Source: a virus | Lineage: Duplodnaviria; Caudoviricetes | Reading direction: 5' to 3' (one strand) | DNA: 64,000 nt | IMG/VR virus record: IMGVR_UViG_3300049844_000087 | Span: 1 to 64,000 of that record | Shown here: in pieces, positions 9,404 to 20,136 of the stretch | How positions within the stretch are numbered: the stretch's first letter is position 1 | How the letters are laid out: each line of letters begins with the position of its first letter | Position numbers and translations under genes: made by a program | The notes under the pieces: model-generated | Database searches by the model: none | The model's input: only the letters and a program-made list of their open reading frames with translations | What the model was told of the DNA's origin: nothing

Positions 9404-11299
9404 CTAAAACGTTAATGGTGGCAAGCCTGTACGACTTCCCACTTGGTCTGGGCTGTCACTAGGTCTGCACGATTGACACATACATTCAAAAAGCACTTCT
9501 GGAAACTCAATTATAAAGCGAACCACAACTCCCGCTGCGAGAAGCTTTTTAATCAATTCCTGAGCCGCATTTCTGGCTTCCTGAGTGCCTGTCACATACA
9601 CGGCATAATCATCCCCAGTAATCCTGGGTATGGTCGGCGTATTTGCAACGTAATTCACTTTGGTTCCAATAACATGTTCCTTTTGAAATATGTACGAAGC
9701 GTCGATTAGTAACGTTGAGTTATTTGGTCGGCTATTATAAGAGATTGGGCCTTCTTGGTCGTTGCGGCCAAAATTCAACAACAGAAGTCCAGGTTGATTT
9801 GGAAACGATGAGGCATTGTTCAACGATAATGTTGGACTAATGACTCCTTGATCTACTTGGGCAGTCAAGTCTGAAACATTCCCTGTGACTGTAAAAAGCT
9901 GACCTGTGGGGTCAAATATGTAAGCCGAAGGGTAATTCGCAACGATCATATCAGGATCTTGCTGGAGTGCCGTTGAGAACCCAAGTACGGTATTTGCCGT
10001 ACCTCCGGTCACTTGATACTCCATAGAGCCTTCAGTCGTGCGAAGACCTACTTTATTTCTTCCGGTAATGCCGTCAGAAAAAGCTTGTAGGTAAAGCAAT
10101 TGATTATTGATAACTTCTGCTACCTCTTCTGCTGTTGCAGCAGTTGCATCAGCAAAATCAGTCGCATGATTAAACGTAACTACATACGGCATAGAATCTA
10201 CAGTGAGATTCAAAGAGGATGAGCCGCCCAGAGAAGCGAAGTCATAAGTAGCTAAATTAGAAAACAGTTCAGTTTTAGTTTGCTTAGGGTGTGCTGATCC
10301 TTGCAATTTTCTACGCAACACTGGAACAGACGATGGAATTCGTACTACGATTTCGTTTGGATTGATTTCATAAACGGCAGCCTTCGCTTCAACCTGCTTT
10401 ACCAAAGAAAAATTCAAACGAGTAGGAGCATTTGCGTCTCCGCCAATGATTTGAATCGACCCTTGTAATCCAGGAGTATTAGTTCTAAGGTTCAGTTTAT
10501 TTCCGGCAAGCGGATCAATAAAACTAGATGCTGTTAAATTCTTGTTGTGCTCTGGATCAGAGTTGATGGCTTCTACTAGCTCAGCAATAGTGACTGCGGT
10601 GATGTCATCAAACGAAGACGGCTTAAAGCGAATCTTCCTTCGGTCATCTCCATTGTCAACTTCATATTCAAGTTCTCGAACGTCTGCAACGACTGCGGTA
10701 ACATTGACTTGAGTAGTCATGTCAGCAGGAACAGAGCTAAGAGCTAATAGTGTATCGCTGATGACAGCAGACACTTTGGCGTAAAGATAGCCAGATGAAG
10801 AGGCAGCTTTAATGTATTGTCCAGGTTGAACCTCAGACAAAAATAAAGTACCTGAACCTTTCACCAGCTTGTTGTCTTTCTCGAAAGTAACTAAACCAGT
10901 TAGCGTTGAAACAGGAGAAAAATCAAAAGGCTCGATATTTCCACTGTTGATATTGGGACGAGTAAAACCCGCTCCCCAAAATACGTCAAGAAGAGCAATG
11001 ATAGTTTGTCTAACTTGTTTTGGATAATATGAGAGGACTGGGATAAGATTTCTAAAGTCTTCATCTTCAATTCCTAATTCGGCTGTACGAGACACGCCGA
11101 CATTGTTTGCCAGATAATCTAGGTATCTATCTGATGCGTCCGTTTCAAAAATCTGCTTTTTAGTTTCTTTCAATTGCACGACAATATCATCATCGGAAAG
11201 TCCCCAAGCTTTAAGGAGACCTCCGATCATTGTATTGACCTCTGGCCTATAAAGACCAGGCATTGATTTAACTAAGCGTTTAAATTTTTCGTCAGCCAT
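9404..11299 (-). CDS. Baseplate wedge protein
   Basis: Directly follows baseplate J-like gene; YLDYLANNVGV.R and IKKLLAAGVVVRF motifs typical of wedge partner proteins. Confidence 0.6.
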   Translation of the reverse strand: MADEKFKRLVKSMPGLYRPEVNTMIGGLLKAWGLSDDDIVVQLKETKKQIFETDASDRYLDYLANNVGVSRTAELGIEDEDFRNLIPVLSYYPKQVRQTIIALLDVFWGAGFTRPNINSGNIEPFDFSPVSTLTGLVTFEKDNKLVKGSGTLFLSEVQPGQYIKAASSSGYLYAKVSAVISDTLLALSSVPADMTTQVNVTAVVADVRELEYEVDNGDDRRKIRFKPSSFDDITAVTIAELVEAINSDPEHNKNLTASSFIDPLAGNKLNLRTNTPGLQGSIQIIGGDANAPTRLNFSLVKQVEAKAAVYEINPNEIVVRIPSSVPVLRRKLQGSAHPKQTKTELFSNLATYDFASLGGSSSLNLTVDSMPYVVTFNHATDFADATAATAEEVAEVINNQLLYLQAFSDGITGRNKVGLRTTEGSMEYQVTGGTANTVLGFSTALQQDPDMIVANYPSAYIFDPTGQLFTVTGNVSDLTAQVDQGVISPTLSLNNASSFPNQPGLLLLNFGRNDQEGPISYNSRPNNSTLLIDASYIFQKEHVIGTKVNYVANTPTIPRITGDDYAVYVTGTQEARNAAQELIKKLLAAGVVVRFIIEFPEVLFECMCQSCRPSDSPDQVGSRTGLPPLTF

Positions 11300-14200
11300 T
11301 AGCCAATCACCAGATCCTCGTCAGCCAAGCGAGCAAGCTCACCATCAGCGACTACGATGTTACTAGTTTGGTTACTAATCTCTACGTCAAAGACTCCGCT
11401 AACAGACTGAGCCGCAGCAATAATTTCCGACAATACAACTTCTTGACCAACTTTTCTAGAGTTGACATAGCCAAGAACCGCACTTGAGATTTCGTTGAGA
11501 ACAGAAGCTAAGCTCACGCCTTCGTCTGTAGTTACGTTAAGAATCAAGCGAACATTAATAAGAACTGGAGGGATAACTTCAAACTGCGTACCAGCAGCTC
11601 CGATACCAGGGTAGTTTGATGGATCACGATCTAAACCGTCGATTGTCCACTGAGCAAGTTGAATCAGCCCTGTGTAGTTCTTGTAACCGTCAGTTCCTTC
11701 AACTTGAACTCTTGCGAAGTTCAGGCCGTTAAGATCAGCAATTGTTCCAAGACGTTCAGATGTATATCCAGACACGTCAATTGCTACGTCTGCTTCATCA
11801 TTTAGGCTAACAGTATATGGCGAAGTCGTACCAACGATGTCTACTACAAATGCAAGCCTATTGATAACAAAGCTATCTGTGGCAACAATTGGATTTGCAG
11901 TTCCATCTACCAGGACAAACTCACCAGTCACGTTGTTGTAAGACAAGATTTCTGATTTATGTCCTGCGTTTAAGCCAGAAGTAAATTCCAACTCAAGCCC
12001 ATTGAAGTAAGATGGCAACGCTGTAATGAACGGCGCAGAGGTGAAAGTATCAAAGGGAGCTACGTTATCGCCAACTGTGACATTGCCTCCGGCTCGCAGA
12101 TTAACAGGCAAACCTTTTGCAAGACCTGCTATAGAGTTAGTCGTTACGTCATTGACAGGAGAACCTGCGACAATGGTTTGAATCGCAATTTCAATTGCGT
12201 TTGCTGTTCCACCAGACACAAAAACTTTTCCAGAAGAACCAGGAGTTTTCGTTACCAGTTGCACGAAGTCTCCAGAAATTCCAGTGACCTCAGAATCAAT
12301 CGTTGTAGAAACTGTGGAGATATTCAAGTCAGTCAAATGTTTAGCAACATTCTCAGCAGTTCTAGGAACTATCGCAAAAGTATCTCCGACAGACGAAGCT
12401 CCGACAATGGAAGGGAATACATCAGAAGTCGTAAACACTCCAGTGACGGCGTTATATCCGGTAATCTTTTGCAAACTTCCTTCCAGAAGTCCGCTAGTCC
12501 AATACAACCAAAAGTCGTTAAAGTAACTAGACGTGGGATATTTAGTGATGAAATCAGAAGTCGTAAAAGTACCTGATCCGCCTACGCTGACAGTTCCTTC
12601 GATAGACATTGGGATGACGAAGGTTTTATTTACCACGTCGCCGTCTATGATTCCAACCAGCGATTGTCCAGGTCCGAGTGTGAATCCAAGTGAGTCTGCC
12701 AATCCATTTCGATCTGAGTTTTGAGAAAGAGAGAATGCCAAGTTTGTTTCTTGATTCTCTTGTAAATCTGTAGAAAAGTTCAAGACTCCATTTGCACTTC
12801 CGCCGACGACCTGAATTTTTCCATCAGAACTAAACGAAGTAGTCTGCAATCGAACAGAGTTATTTACCAAGTTGATCTTGGCAACACCGCCTAAAATAAG
12901 AGCGTTGATTGCGTCTACAACTTCAGACGCAAATACGTTTGAAGGATCGGCAAAGTCTACTGCGTGATTGAAGTTCAATACTTGCGACAATACAAATTTA
13001 TCGCCAACCAAGATAGGATTAGTTACGCCTGTTATGAGGGTAATCTGTCCAGTTGCAGGATTGTAAGTATTGATCAAATCGGTTTGTCCGATGTTGTTTC
13101 CGCTGGTGAACTCAATTTGAAAACCTGTGAAAAATCCAGCAGGATAATCTTTCAAGTTTTCAGACAGCATCAGATTGTATGGAGCGATACCATCACCTGT
13201 AGATACAGACCCAACAAAACCTCCGTCAATTCTAAGAATCAAAGTGGATGAAGGTCCAAGCGTGCTGAAGTTAAAAGTCTCTGGCAGAGAGTCTACAAAA
13301 GCTCTGGTATTGATAGAACCAATAGTGAGGGTGTCATCTGCCTCTAGTGGGGACATCAACTCGATCTGGCCATTAGACCTATTCAAGATATAGTCTCGAT
13401 CCGTTCCTTCTACTAAGTCGCCAAGATTCATTGCAGAAGCGGCAACGCCAGTTGCGTTAGCCCCTCGGTAGCCATCCTTAAGATAGAGAATTGTATTACT
13501 TTCAATAGTCTCTACTTGTGACCATGCGCCTTTTCCGTGTGCAGAAACCTTGATCCACTGTCCTTCGACAAGATCATTAAGGAATTGCGTTCCTGATCCG
13601 GTTACTAGAACGCTTCCACCATTGACTGAAATTGTTCCGGTCAAAGGGTACACTGTGCAAAATCCGAGTTCTGCCGCAGCTCCACCTCCGACAATTCGCA
13701 TAGAAGACTGAGAACTGTTTTCAATTTCAGAGATGATTTTTACACGAGTAGAGTTTACTGCCAATTCACTTCTGGATTGGTGTACCTCTTCTTGAAGTCT
13801 TGCCAAAACTTCAGAAGCAAGAGCCTGAGAAGGGTTAGCAAAATCGTTTGGCCCAAAGCTTACAAGTTCTGTATCGTCGGCTTCTCCGTTAGAAGCTACT
13901 TCCAATTGTGGAGAATTCCAAATAACGATATTACCTGAACCAGAGCCTCCGATTGGGTACGCCGTTTTTAGCAATACCTTTTGAGCACTAACTACAGTTT
14001 GTACCTTAGTGTAGAAAGTGTCAGGGTCTCCCGACAACTTCACATAATCACCAGGCTGTACTTGTTCAAGAATAGAATTTACACCTGATCCAATTGCGCT
14101 CTTAGTTAAGATCCTAGAGCCAGACGCCAGAGTAAAATCTCCATCAAGAGTAGTTACTACGTCCGTAGAAAGGTCAAAAGGTTGAGCATCACTAAGCACA

Positions 14201-15666
14201 GAGGCAGTTGTTCCATCTTTACTTAATAGTTGATCATTTTTGTAAAGCTTAGAAGTAAACACTCGTTTCGTGTTGAAGTTGAATGCTGGCTGTGCAGTTG
14301 ATACCGCAGAGATGGACATGTCTTCATTTTCACGAGCGATAGGCGTAATGATGATTTTTCTAGCGCCTGTGGAACTATCTGTAAGAGTTCGGGCCTCAAT
14401 AAGATTTGCACGCTTGTTGATAGCTTGAGAAACTTCGATAGCAGAAGCTTTTCCAGGAGTCCTGAAATCCGCAGCAGCAAAAGTAAAAGTTTCTTCTTCG
14501 TCACCAACAGAGACGATGATAGTTTCGCCACCAACTAAGTTGTATGGTTCAGACGACTGAGAGATAAGGTTAGCTTTTACGACAGGAAAGTTCTTCAATT
14601 GAAAGAACGACTCTCCACCATTCGCTTTAGAAATTAGAACTTCCAAGCCAATAGGAGCAAGTTCGGGCTCAAGGCCACGACCATTGTCGATGTAAACTTT
14701 CGTAGGACCATCTGCAAGAATAACAGGAGGAATAATGTTGGCAGATACGATACGGCTGTTTGAATTAGGATCTACTAGACCTGTGATTCGAGTTCTAACC
14801 GAGTCCTTAGTTCCACGAGAAAGAGATTGAATTGTATCTCTAATACGGTCTCTAAGCTCCTGATCGCTTTCTTGGTCTCGACCATTTACGAAAGGAAGAG
14901 GGTTAGTTACTGCGGCAGCAGAGAAAGGCTCGTTTACGAACTCAGTAATGGAATCAGAAGGTACGGAAAATCCGCCAGATTCAAGGGCAGTTACGAGAAC
15001 GTTATCAATACGATTTTCACCGTCAAGCAATGTTACAGATTGATTAAGTTCAAACAATACAGCTTCAGAAAAATCATTAGGTGGAATACGAACTTCTGTT
15101 CCAGCCGTAACAGTTCTGTCTCCAAATTGAGCCAGAATAGCTGTTTCATCTGTACCGTGATCTTTTAAAAGATTGGTGTCAAGTGTAATAGTCCAGTACG
15201 AACCGTTATTCACTGGAGCGGCAGAATAAGAAATAATACTCTCAGCATTCTGAGTTCCACGTCCTACATAAATAGAACCGCTGGCAGGAAAAGCAGAGGC
15301 ATCATCTACGTTGATAGTATTTGAGTTTGCTGTCGGTCCTGGAAGACCAGCGTAGATTTTACTAGAGATTTTGTTGAATCGAGTATCAATTACAGAAACG
15401 TAACCACTATGAGGTTGAGCGTCCAGTCTTGTTAGTCCGAACTCTTTAGCTCGTTTATCAAGGTCTTCTCCACTTGTAGTATCCAGGTTGTAAGCCAGGA
15501 TGATTTCAAGCATAGCAACGTACTGTTGAAAGTCTTCTTGCGCAGCAGCTTCAAGTAACGTTAAAATTACTGAGCCAGGATTGAAGTCGTTAATTGGCGT
15601 CTCGGCAGAGACTTTTGCCGCCATGCTCGCAACTATTTCTGAATGTGATTTTGGACTAAATGCCAT
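11299..15666 (-). CDS. Baseplate J-like wedge protein, greatly expanded
   Basis: N-terminal INDFNPGSVILTLLEA, GEDLDKRA, GRDQESDQELRDRI; C-terminal YVNSRKVGQEVVLSEII...VSGVFDV. Confidence 0.8.
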   Translation of the reverse strand: MAFSPKSHSEIVASMAAKVSAETPINDFNPGSVILTLLEAAAQEDFQQYVAMLEIILAYNLDTTSGEDLDKRAKEFGLTRLDAQPHSGYVSVIDTRFNKISSKIYAGLPGPTANSNTINVDDASAFPASGSIYVGRGTQNAESIISYSAAPVNNGSYWTITLDTNLLKDHGTDETAILAQFGDRTVTAGTEVRIPPNDFSEAVLFELNQSVTLLDGENRIDNVLVTALESGGFSVPSDSITEFVNEPFSAAAVTNPLPFVNGRDQESDQELRDRIRDTIQSLSRGTKDSVRTRITGLVDPNSNSRIVSANIIPPVILADGPTKVYIDNGRGLEPELAPIGLEVLISKANGGESFFQLKNFPVVKANLISQSSEPYNLVGGETIIVSVGDEEETFTFAAADFRTPGKASAIEVSQAINKRANLIEARTLTDSSTGARKIIITPIARENEDMSISAVSTAQPAFNFNTKRVFTSKLYKNDQLLSKDGTTASVLSDAQPFDLSTDVVTTLDGDFTLASGSRILTKSAIGSGVNSILEQVQPGDYVKLSGDPDTFYTKVQTVVSAQKVLLKTAYPIGGSGSGNIVIWNSPQLEVASNGEADDTELVSFGPNDFANPSQALASEVLARLQEEVHQSRSELAVNSTRVKIISEIENSSQSSMRIVGGGAAAELGFCTVYPLTGTISVNGGSVLVTGSGTQFLNDLVEGQWIKVSAHGKGAWSQVETIESNTILYLKDGYRGANATGVAASAMNLGDLVEGTDRDYILNRSNGQIELMSPLEADDTLTIGSINTRAFVDSLPETFNFSTLGPSSTLILRIDGGFVGSVSTGDGIAPYNLMLSENLKDYPAGFFTGFQIEFTSGNNIGQTDLINTYNPATGQITLITGVTNPILVGDKFVLSQVLNFNHAVDFADPSNVFASEVVDAINALILGGVAKINLVNNSVRLQTTSFSSDGKIQVVGGSANGVLNFSTDLQENQETNLAFSLSQNSDRNGLADSLGFTLGPGQSLVGIIDGDVVNKTFVIPMSIEGTVSVGGSGTFTTSDFITKYPTSSYFNDFWLYWTSGLLEGSLQKITGYNAVTGVFTTSDVFPSIVGASSVGDTFAIVPRTAENVAKHLTDLNISTVSTTIDSEVTGISGDFVQLVTKTPGSSGKVFVSGGTANAIEIAIQTIVAGSPVNDVTTNSIAGLAKGLPVNLRAGGNVTVGDNVAPFDTFTSAPFITALPSYFNGLELEFTSGLNAGHKSEILSYNNVTGEFVLVDGTANPIVATDSFVINRLAFVVDIVGTTSPYTVSLNDEADVAIDVSGYTSERLGTIADLNGLNFARVQVEGTDGYKNYTGLIQLAQWTIDGLDRDPSNYPGIGAAGTQFEVIPPVLINVRLILNVTTDEGVSLASVLNEISSAVLGYVNSRKVGQEVVLSEIIAAAQSVSGVFDVEISNQTSNIVVADGELARLADEDLVIG

Positions 15667-15667
15667 G

Positions 15668-16087
15668 TTACTCCACCAACGCTAATTGAAGCGGGACCTC
15701 TTGATCAGTATTCTTCAAAGTGACAAAGATGTCAAGGATATACGAACTACCTTGGACAGTTACATTCACTCTGGCACTGATAAATCTGGGGTCCAATAAA
15801 ATTGAATTTAAAACTGAAGTCTTAACTGCAAACGCATCTTTAGTCTTTTCACCTATTTGCAATTGAGTTCCAATGCTAGGGTGATACGGAAGACTGCCGC
15901 TTTCTACTTCCAACTTTAATCTTAAAGCTTGAGCCGCATTATTTACTCCGGCAACTAACTTCAAATCTTTCAAGTTACTCATTTCCAAATCGCCATCAGC
16001 ATTGATCTTTAAATCAACTCCCATGTCCTTTTCTGTCTGCGACATGCCTTTGGTGATGTTGTACTGTTTATTACGAATAACTGACAT
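15668..16087 (-). CDS. Baseplate wedge subunit (gp25/DUF2634-like)
   Basis: 139 aa; DL.LVAGVNNAAQALRLKL..E.G.LPYHP.IG and ILLDPRF motifs; immediately upstream of baseplate J. Confidence 0.7.
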   Translation of the reverse strand: MSVIRNKQYNITKGMSQTEKDMGVDLKINADGDLEMSNLKDLKLVAGVNNAAQALRLKLEVESGSLPYHPSIGTQLQIGEKTKDAFAVKTSVLNSILLDPRFISARVNVTVQGSSYILDIFVTLKNTDQEVPLQLALVE

Positions 16088-16089
16088 TT

Positions 16090-17889
16090 TTAGTTACCTA
16101 CCATTAATTTATCACCATACGCCTTAACCCCATCAGCTTTAGTTTGGGCAATATATGGATATTTTAAACTGTTCAATACTGCCAAATCTACCCAACGAGT
16201 AACTGTTCCGTATTCTCTAAGTGAAATTCTTTCAAGCGTGTCACCTTGCATGATGACGATTTCTTTTACCGAAGCTGGAGATTGTAGCTCAACGATATTC
16301 TGTAAAAGCTCTTGATCGTTTTCAAACGTTGATTCAGTGTCGGTTAAGAACATGCTGTTCGTAGCCAATACCTGATTTAAAGCAGAAATAACTTTGATCG
16401 TAGCACCCAACAACAAGAACTCATTAGAAGTGGCTTGTCGTAATGGATTTGCAATGATGGTTGGAGTTCTATTCTGAATTACATCATAATCTTCATTTCC
16501 AAGATTCACGGCATCAGCAATATCATCAGCAAGTTTTTGAGCTTCATCTCTCAATGATTGCACAAAAGACTTAGGAAGTGGTTCTCTTGAAGAACTCTCT
16601 AAAGCTGAGATTGTAGAAGTTACATAACTGTCCGCTTTAGCTTGATTCAGTAAATTGGTAGAAGTCAGGGGATCTGCTGAACCACGAGTGGAAATCTTTC
16701 CAATTGACGAGGGATTGTTTGCAGAAGCGCCGGAGACAGCAGTTGTGGCGATAAAACCAGAAGCCAGCAAATCAGTAGCCAAATCTTTAGCAGGTTTGGT
16801 AAAACGATTTTCTTGAATAGTCAAAATCGACTCATTCAAGTTTCTTCGCAAAATGGCTGGCACCGCAAGAATATTATCTCGGGCATCAGCAAGGTCGTTA
16901 AGAGCAGTTCCAAGAAGTCTGAGAGGTTGGATGAACGTCTTATCAATCTCTTGAGAAACGCTCTGCACCAATCTGTTTGTCGCTCCTACCGCAGCTCTGA
17001 ACTGATTGATAGCAGCAACGGTATTTCGTGAAATATTTACAATGTTATTTAGAATTCCGCCGACATCGGGAGCGCCGTTTCTCTCAGAAGAGAACACAGC
17101 ATCCAAAGTGGTAATGCACTTAAGTACAATCCTGTACTGATATTGCATAGGATTCTTAGAGCTTCGTTCCATGTTGAACTCTAAGGGCTCTACAACAAGG
17201 GCCTGTTGATCTTTTTCGTTAATGAAAACTAGAAACTTTGAACCTTTGTTTTGGATCTTGCTTTGTGCATACTTCAAAAAGAAAGCTCTAAGAGCCATGA
17301 ACTCTGCATAGCCAGAGATTACTGTGGAACTCTTAGAAGTTCCGTTTTCAGCAACACCGCCAGCCTTTGTAGGAGGTTTGGTGAAGTCTTTAAAGTTGGC
17401 CTGGTTTCCGCCAAAGTTATCACGAGCGCCTGGAAATACGCCTGTAGTTCCGGCAATTACGATGTCTTTAAACACGACGCCTTCAGACTCAACCACAACC
17501 CCTCTGCGTGTTGCAGTGATGTTTGTGGCGAAGACTTCCTTTTGCGTAATAGCTTGGGGAGGGATGTCTAAGTAATAGGTGGCGACTGTAGATTGACTCG
17601 AAGAGCCCAAGCCTAAGTTTGTTCCGAAATCCTTCAGGTCTATGATCTTGAAACCATATCTTAGGCGCTTTTCGCCTTTGCGATTGGTATTACCTGTCCA
17701 TCTAGTTGGATCAAAGTCTGCGGTGTCCGCAGTAAGACCTGTATCTCCAGAGCCTTCAGGACGCACCAAGTCACCTGCCAAACCAAGTTTGCCAGAACCG
17801 CCAGTGGTTCCTAAACCAAAGATATTATTTAGAGATTTTGTAAAGTCCTCAACAATGCTATTGAACGGACCTAGACTTGGAAAAGCCAT
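16090..17889 (-). CDS. Baseplate/tube-initiator protein with C-terminal LysM-like domain
   Basis: C-terminal IVIMQGDTLERISLREYG...W..LA.LN. Confidence 0.6.
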   Translation of the reverse strand: MAFPSLGPFNSIVEDFTKSLNNIFGLGTTGGSGKLGLAGDLVRPEGSGDTGLTADTADFDPTRWTGNTNRKGEKRLRYGFKIIDLKDFGTNLGLGSSSQSTVATYYLDIPPQAITQKEVFATNITATRRGVVVESEGVVFKDIVIAGTTGVFPGARDNFGGNQANFKDFTKPPTKAGGVAENGTSKSSTVISGYAEFMALRAFFLKYAQSKIQNKGSKFLVFINEKDQQALVVEPLEFNMERSSKNPMQYQYRIVLKCITTLDAVFSSERNGAPDVGGILNNIVNISRNTVAAINQFRAAVGATNRLVQSVSQEIDKTFIQPLRLLGTALNDLADARDNILAVPAILRRNLNESILTIQENRFTKPAKDLATDLLASGFIATTAVSGASANNPSSIGKISTRGSADPLTSTNLLNQAKADSYVTSTISALESSSREPLPKSFVQSLRDEAQKLADDIADAVNLGNEDYDVIQNRTPTIIANPLRQATSNEFLLLGATIKVISALNQVLATNSMFLTDTESTFENDQELLQNIVELQSPASVKEIVIMQGDTLERISLREYGTVTRWVDLAVLNSLKYPYIAQTKADGVKAYGDKLMVGN

Positions 17890-17936
17890 TCTTATATCCT
17901 ATTTATTTTATTCTCTGTTCATTATAACAGAGCCTA

Positions 17937-19151
17937 TTATGGAATTATACTACCCAATGCAGCGTTTGCACCTGCTAAACCTGCGGCCAAACCTTGAAGC
18001 GTAGTTTTCACGCTTTTAGCGTTCTCCACTGCCCTAAGAGTTCCTCTTTGAGTGTTGCCCCTATTGTTAGCCGTCTGGTATCGTTGTTCGTAATAATCCT
18101 CAGTTTGTCCTGTGTAATTAGCTAGAATCTCACCCAAGCGAATAGTCAGAAACGTTGACCTAAGTCCTCGTTCTGAAGCTAGGCTTGAAATTCCAGTATT
18201 TGAAATGTCGGTCGTTAGCAGATAGTTCGTTAAGTAGTTTTTACTATTGTTTGCATTCGTAGTGGCAGTCGTAATTTGAGCTGCACCGTCTGCGTCTTCA
18301 TTTCCTGCTAAGGCCGTCAATTGTTCATTTAGTCTACTAATTCTGTCATTTATTCTAGCTTCCAATTCGCCTATCAAATAGTCCATGAGCGGTTGGTAGT
18401 CAGGGTCCGTTGCAGTTTTAATAGTCCGTTCTGGATTGGTAAAACCAGTAAAGGAATCTAAAGTAGTTCCGACAGGGATGGTTCCTGTAGGCGGGACTAT
18501 GAGTTCAATGTCTAGATTTAGTTTGTACGGCGGTGGCGTGCCTGGGGGTACTGTGGTGTTTGTAACTTTTACAACGGCTAAATCACCGCCATCAATAAGC
18601 AAGAAGATAGTGCCTACCGTTATTCCAGTAATCGCAACAGAGGCATCTTCTAGTTCCAAAGTCGTACTGCTAGGAGTCAGTGCCGTGAACGTTTCTAAAG
18701 TTGGCGGATAAGTTCCTGGACCATAGCCATTCACGAGCACGTCTTCAACGTCGGCTTGATCAGCGATGTGAAGCTGTTCATAATTAGGAGCGATAGATGT
18801 ATAAGCGCCGTCATCAAACTCAGGGATTCGTACTATGTCGTTAGCTGGGGGCGTGGGCACAAGACGGCCAGTTGGAGGGTTGCTTCCTACTCCGAGAATG
18901 TCAGCCTCGACTACAGGGCTCGCAACGAACTCACCATTAATAGCTTTGCGCTCTGCGTCATAAAACCCTATTACGTTGGTATTGTAATACTCAAACAAAT
19001 CTTTGAAAGCATCATCAACTTGTTGCTTTTGCGCAATAATAGGATCTTGCAAAGGAACTGACTCTGTCAACGCCGCAGCTTGTGCAGCGTTACCTGCCAT
19101 TTCCGCATTGATTGCTTCTGTCTGTTCGGGTGTTGGAGTTGGTTTTGCCAT
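17937..19151 (-). CDS. Baseplate-region structural protein
   Basis: 404 aa, between spike and LysM-like gene. Confidence 0.5.
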   Translation of the reverse strand: MAKPTPTPEQTEAINAEMAGNAAQAAALTESVPLQDPIIAQKQQVDDAFKDLFEYYNTNVIGFYDAERKAINGEFVASPVVEADILGVGSNPPTGRLVPTPPANDIVRIPEFDDGAYTSIAPNYEQLHIADQADVEDVLVNGYGPGTYPPTLETFTALTPSSTTLELEDASVAITGITVGTIFLLIDGGDLAVVKVTNTTVPPGTPPPYKLNLDIELIVPPTGTIPVGTTLDSFTGFTNPERTIKTATDPDYQPLMDYLIGELEARINDRISRLNEQLTALAGNEDADGAAQITTATTNANNSKNYLTNYLLTTDISNTGISSLASERGLRSTFLTIRLGEILANYTGQTEDYYEQRYQTANNRGNTQRGTLRAVENAKSVKTTLQGLAAGLAGANAALGSIIP

Positions 19152-19152
19152 A

Positions 19153-20136
19153 TTAGTCTTTCAATTTAACAGACTTACTGAGTAAAGTCGAGGGTGGAGG
19201 TACTAATGGTGGCGATGTTGGTGCGGGTACTGGTCCGCCATCTCCCATGTGCGTGTGCGAAGAAAGCCACGCAATAAGCTGTGGACCTAGAGCGGCCAAA
19301 GCCGAAGCACCAGTTCCTACATCTACAAGGTCTCCTTTAAGTTCAATTTTTCCAGAGTTTCCATCGACAACGATTTCAGTAGAGCCAGCTTTAACAGTAA
19401 TGGTTTTAGAACCATCGACAGTAACTTCGGCTCCGCCTTTCGTGACTACAGTTACCTTATCACCTTTGCCATCAAATGTAACTTTCAAGCCAGACTTGTA
19501 AATGAACTCTGTTTTCTCAGCATCTACGTCATGAGTTTGCTTGATCGTATCCTTTTTCAAGGATATAAGCATACTTCCCTTTTTATCTAACTTGATAAAA
19601 CTTGGGCCTGTGGCTTCTGCTGTAAGTTTTCCATCAGGTCCATAAGGAGACTGATATGTGATAGTCCACTCACCATCTTTATTGATTTCTGTCTTCAAAC
19701 CTCTAACAACTCGGACATAAGAAATGCCATCGGCTTTTTTACGTCTTTGCTCTTTAGGGTGTGAAAATGCGCCAATGATTATTGGCCTTTGGAAGTTGTT
19801 GCCAAAGAATGCTACAGCTACCAGAGAACCATTTCGATTCTTAAAAGTATTAGTGTTGTCGTTCTTTCCAGTGGAAGCTGCTTCCGCAGGTTCAAATACA
19901 AATTCCTCATAATCATTTCCGCCGCCAAAACTAGTCAGCGATGGAACATTCTTAAACGTGGACATACCAGAAGACATCTCAACTAGGACTTCGTACTCTA
20001 CGTCGATCTTTGACAGACTCTCTGGATCATCTGGATAAATGATCTTTTGGACTTGTGCCTTATAGATGGCAGAGCCTAAGTTGTAAACATTACCTGAATC
20101 TGGAGATACTGGTTTGAAATATGAACTTACTCTCAT
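19153..20136 (-). CDS. Central baseplate spike (gpV/gp5-like)
   Basis: N-terminal OB-fold-like region, V.V/T-rich beta-helix repeats, apex HTH (His-x-His) motif SHTHMGDGG. Confidence 0.75.
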   Translation of the reverse strand: MRVSSYFKPVSPDSGNVYNLGSAIYKAQVQKIIYPDDPESLSKIDVEYEVLVEMSSGMSTFKNVPSLTSFGGGNDYEEFVFEPAEAASTGKNDNTNTFKNRNGSLVAVAFFGNNFQRPIIIGAFSHPKEQRRKKADGISYVRVVRGLKTEINKDGEWTITYQSPYGPDGKLTAEATGPSFIKLDKKGSMLISLKKDTIKQTHDVDAEKTEFIYKSGLKVTFDGKGDKVTVVTKGGAEVTVDGSKTITVKAGSTEIVVDGNSGKIELKGDLVDVGTGASALAALGPQLIAWLSSHTHMGDGGPVPAPTSPPLVPPPSTLLSKSVKLKD

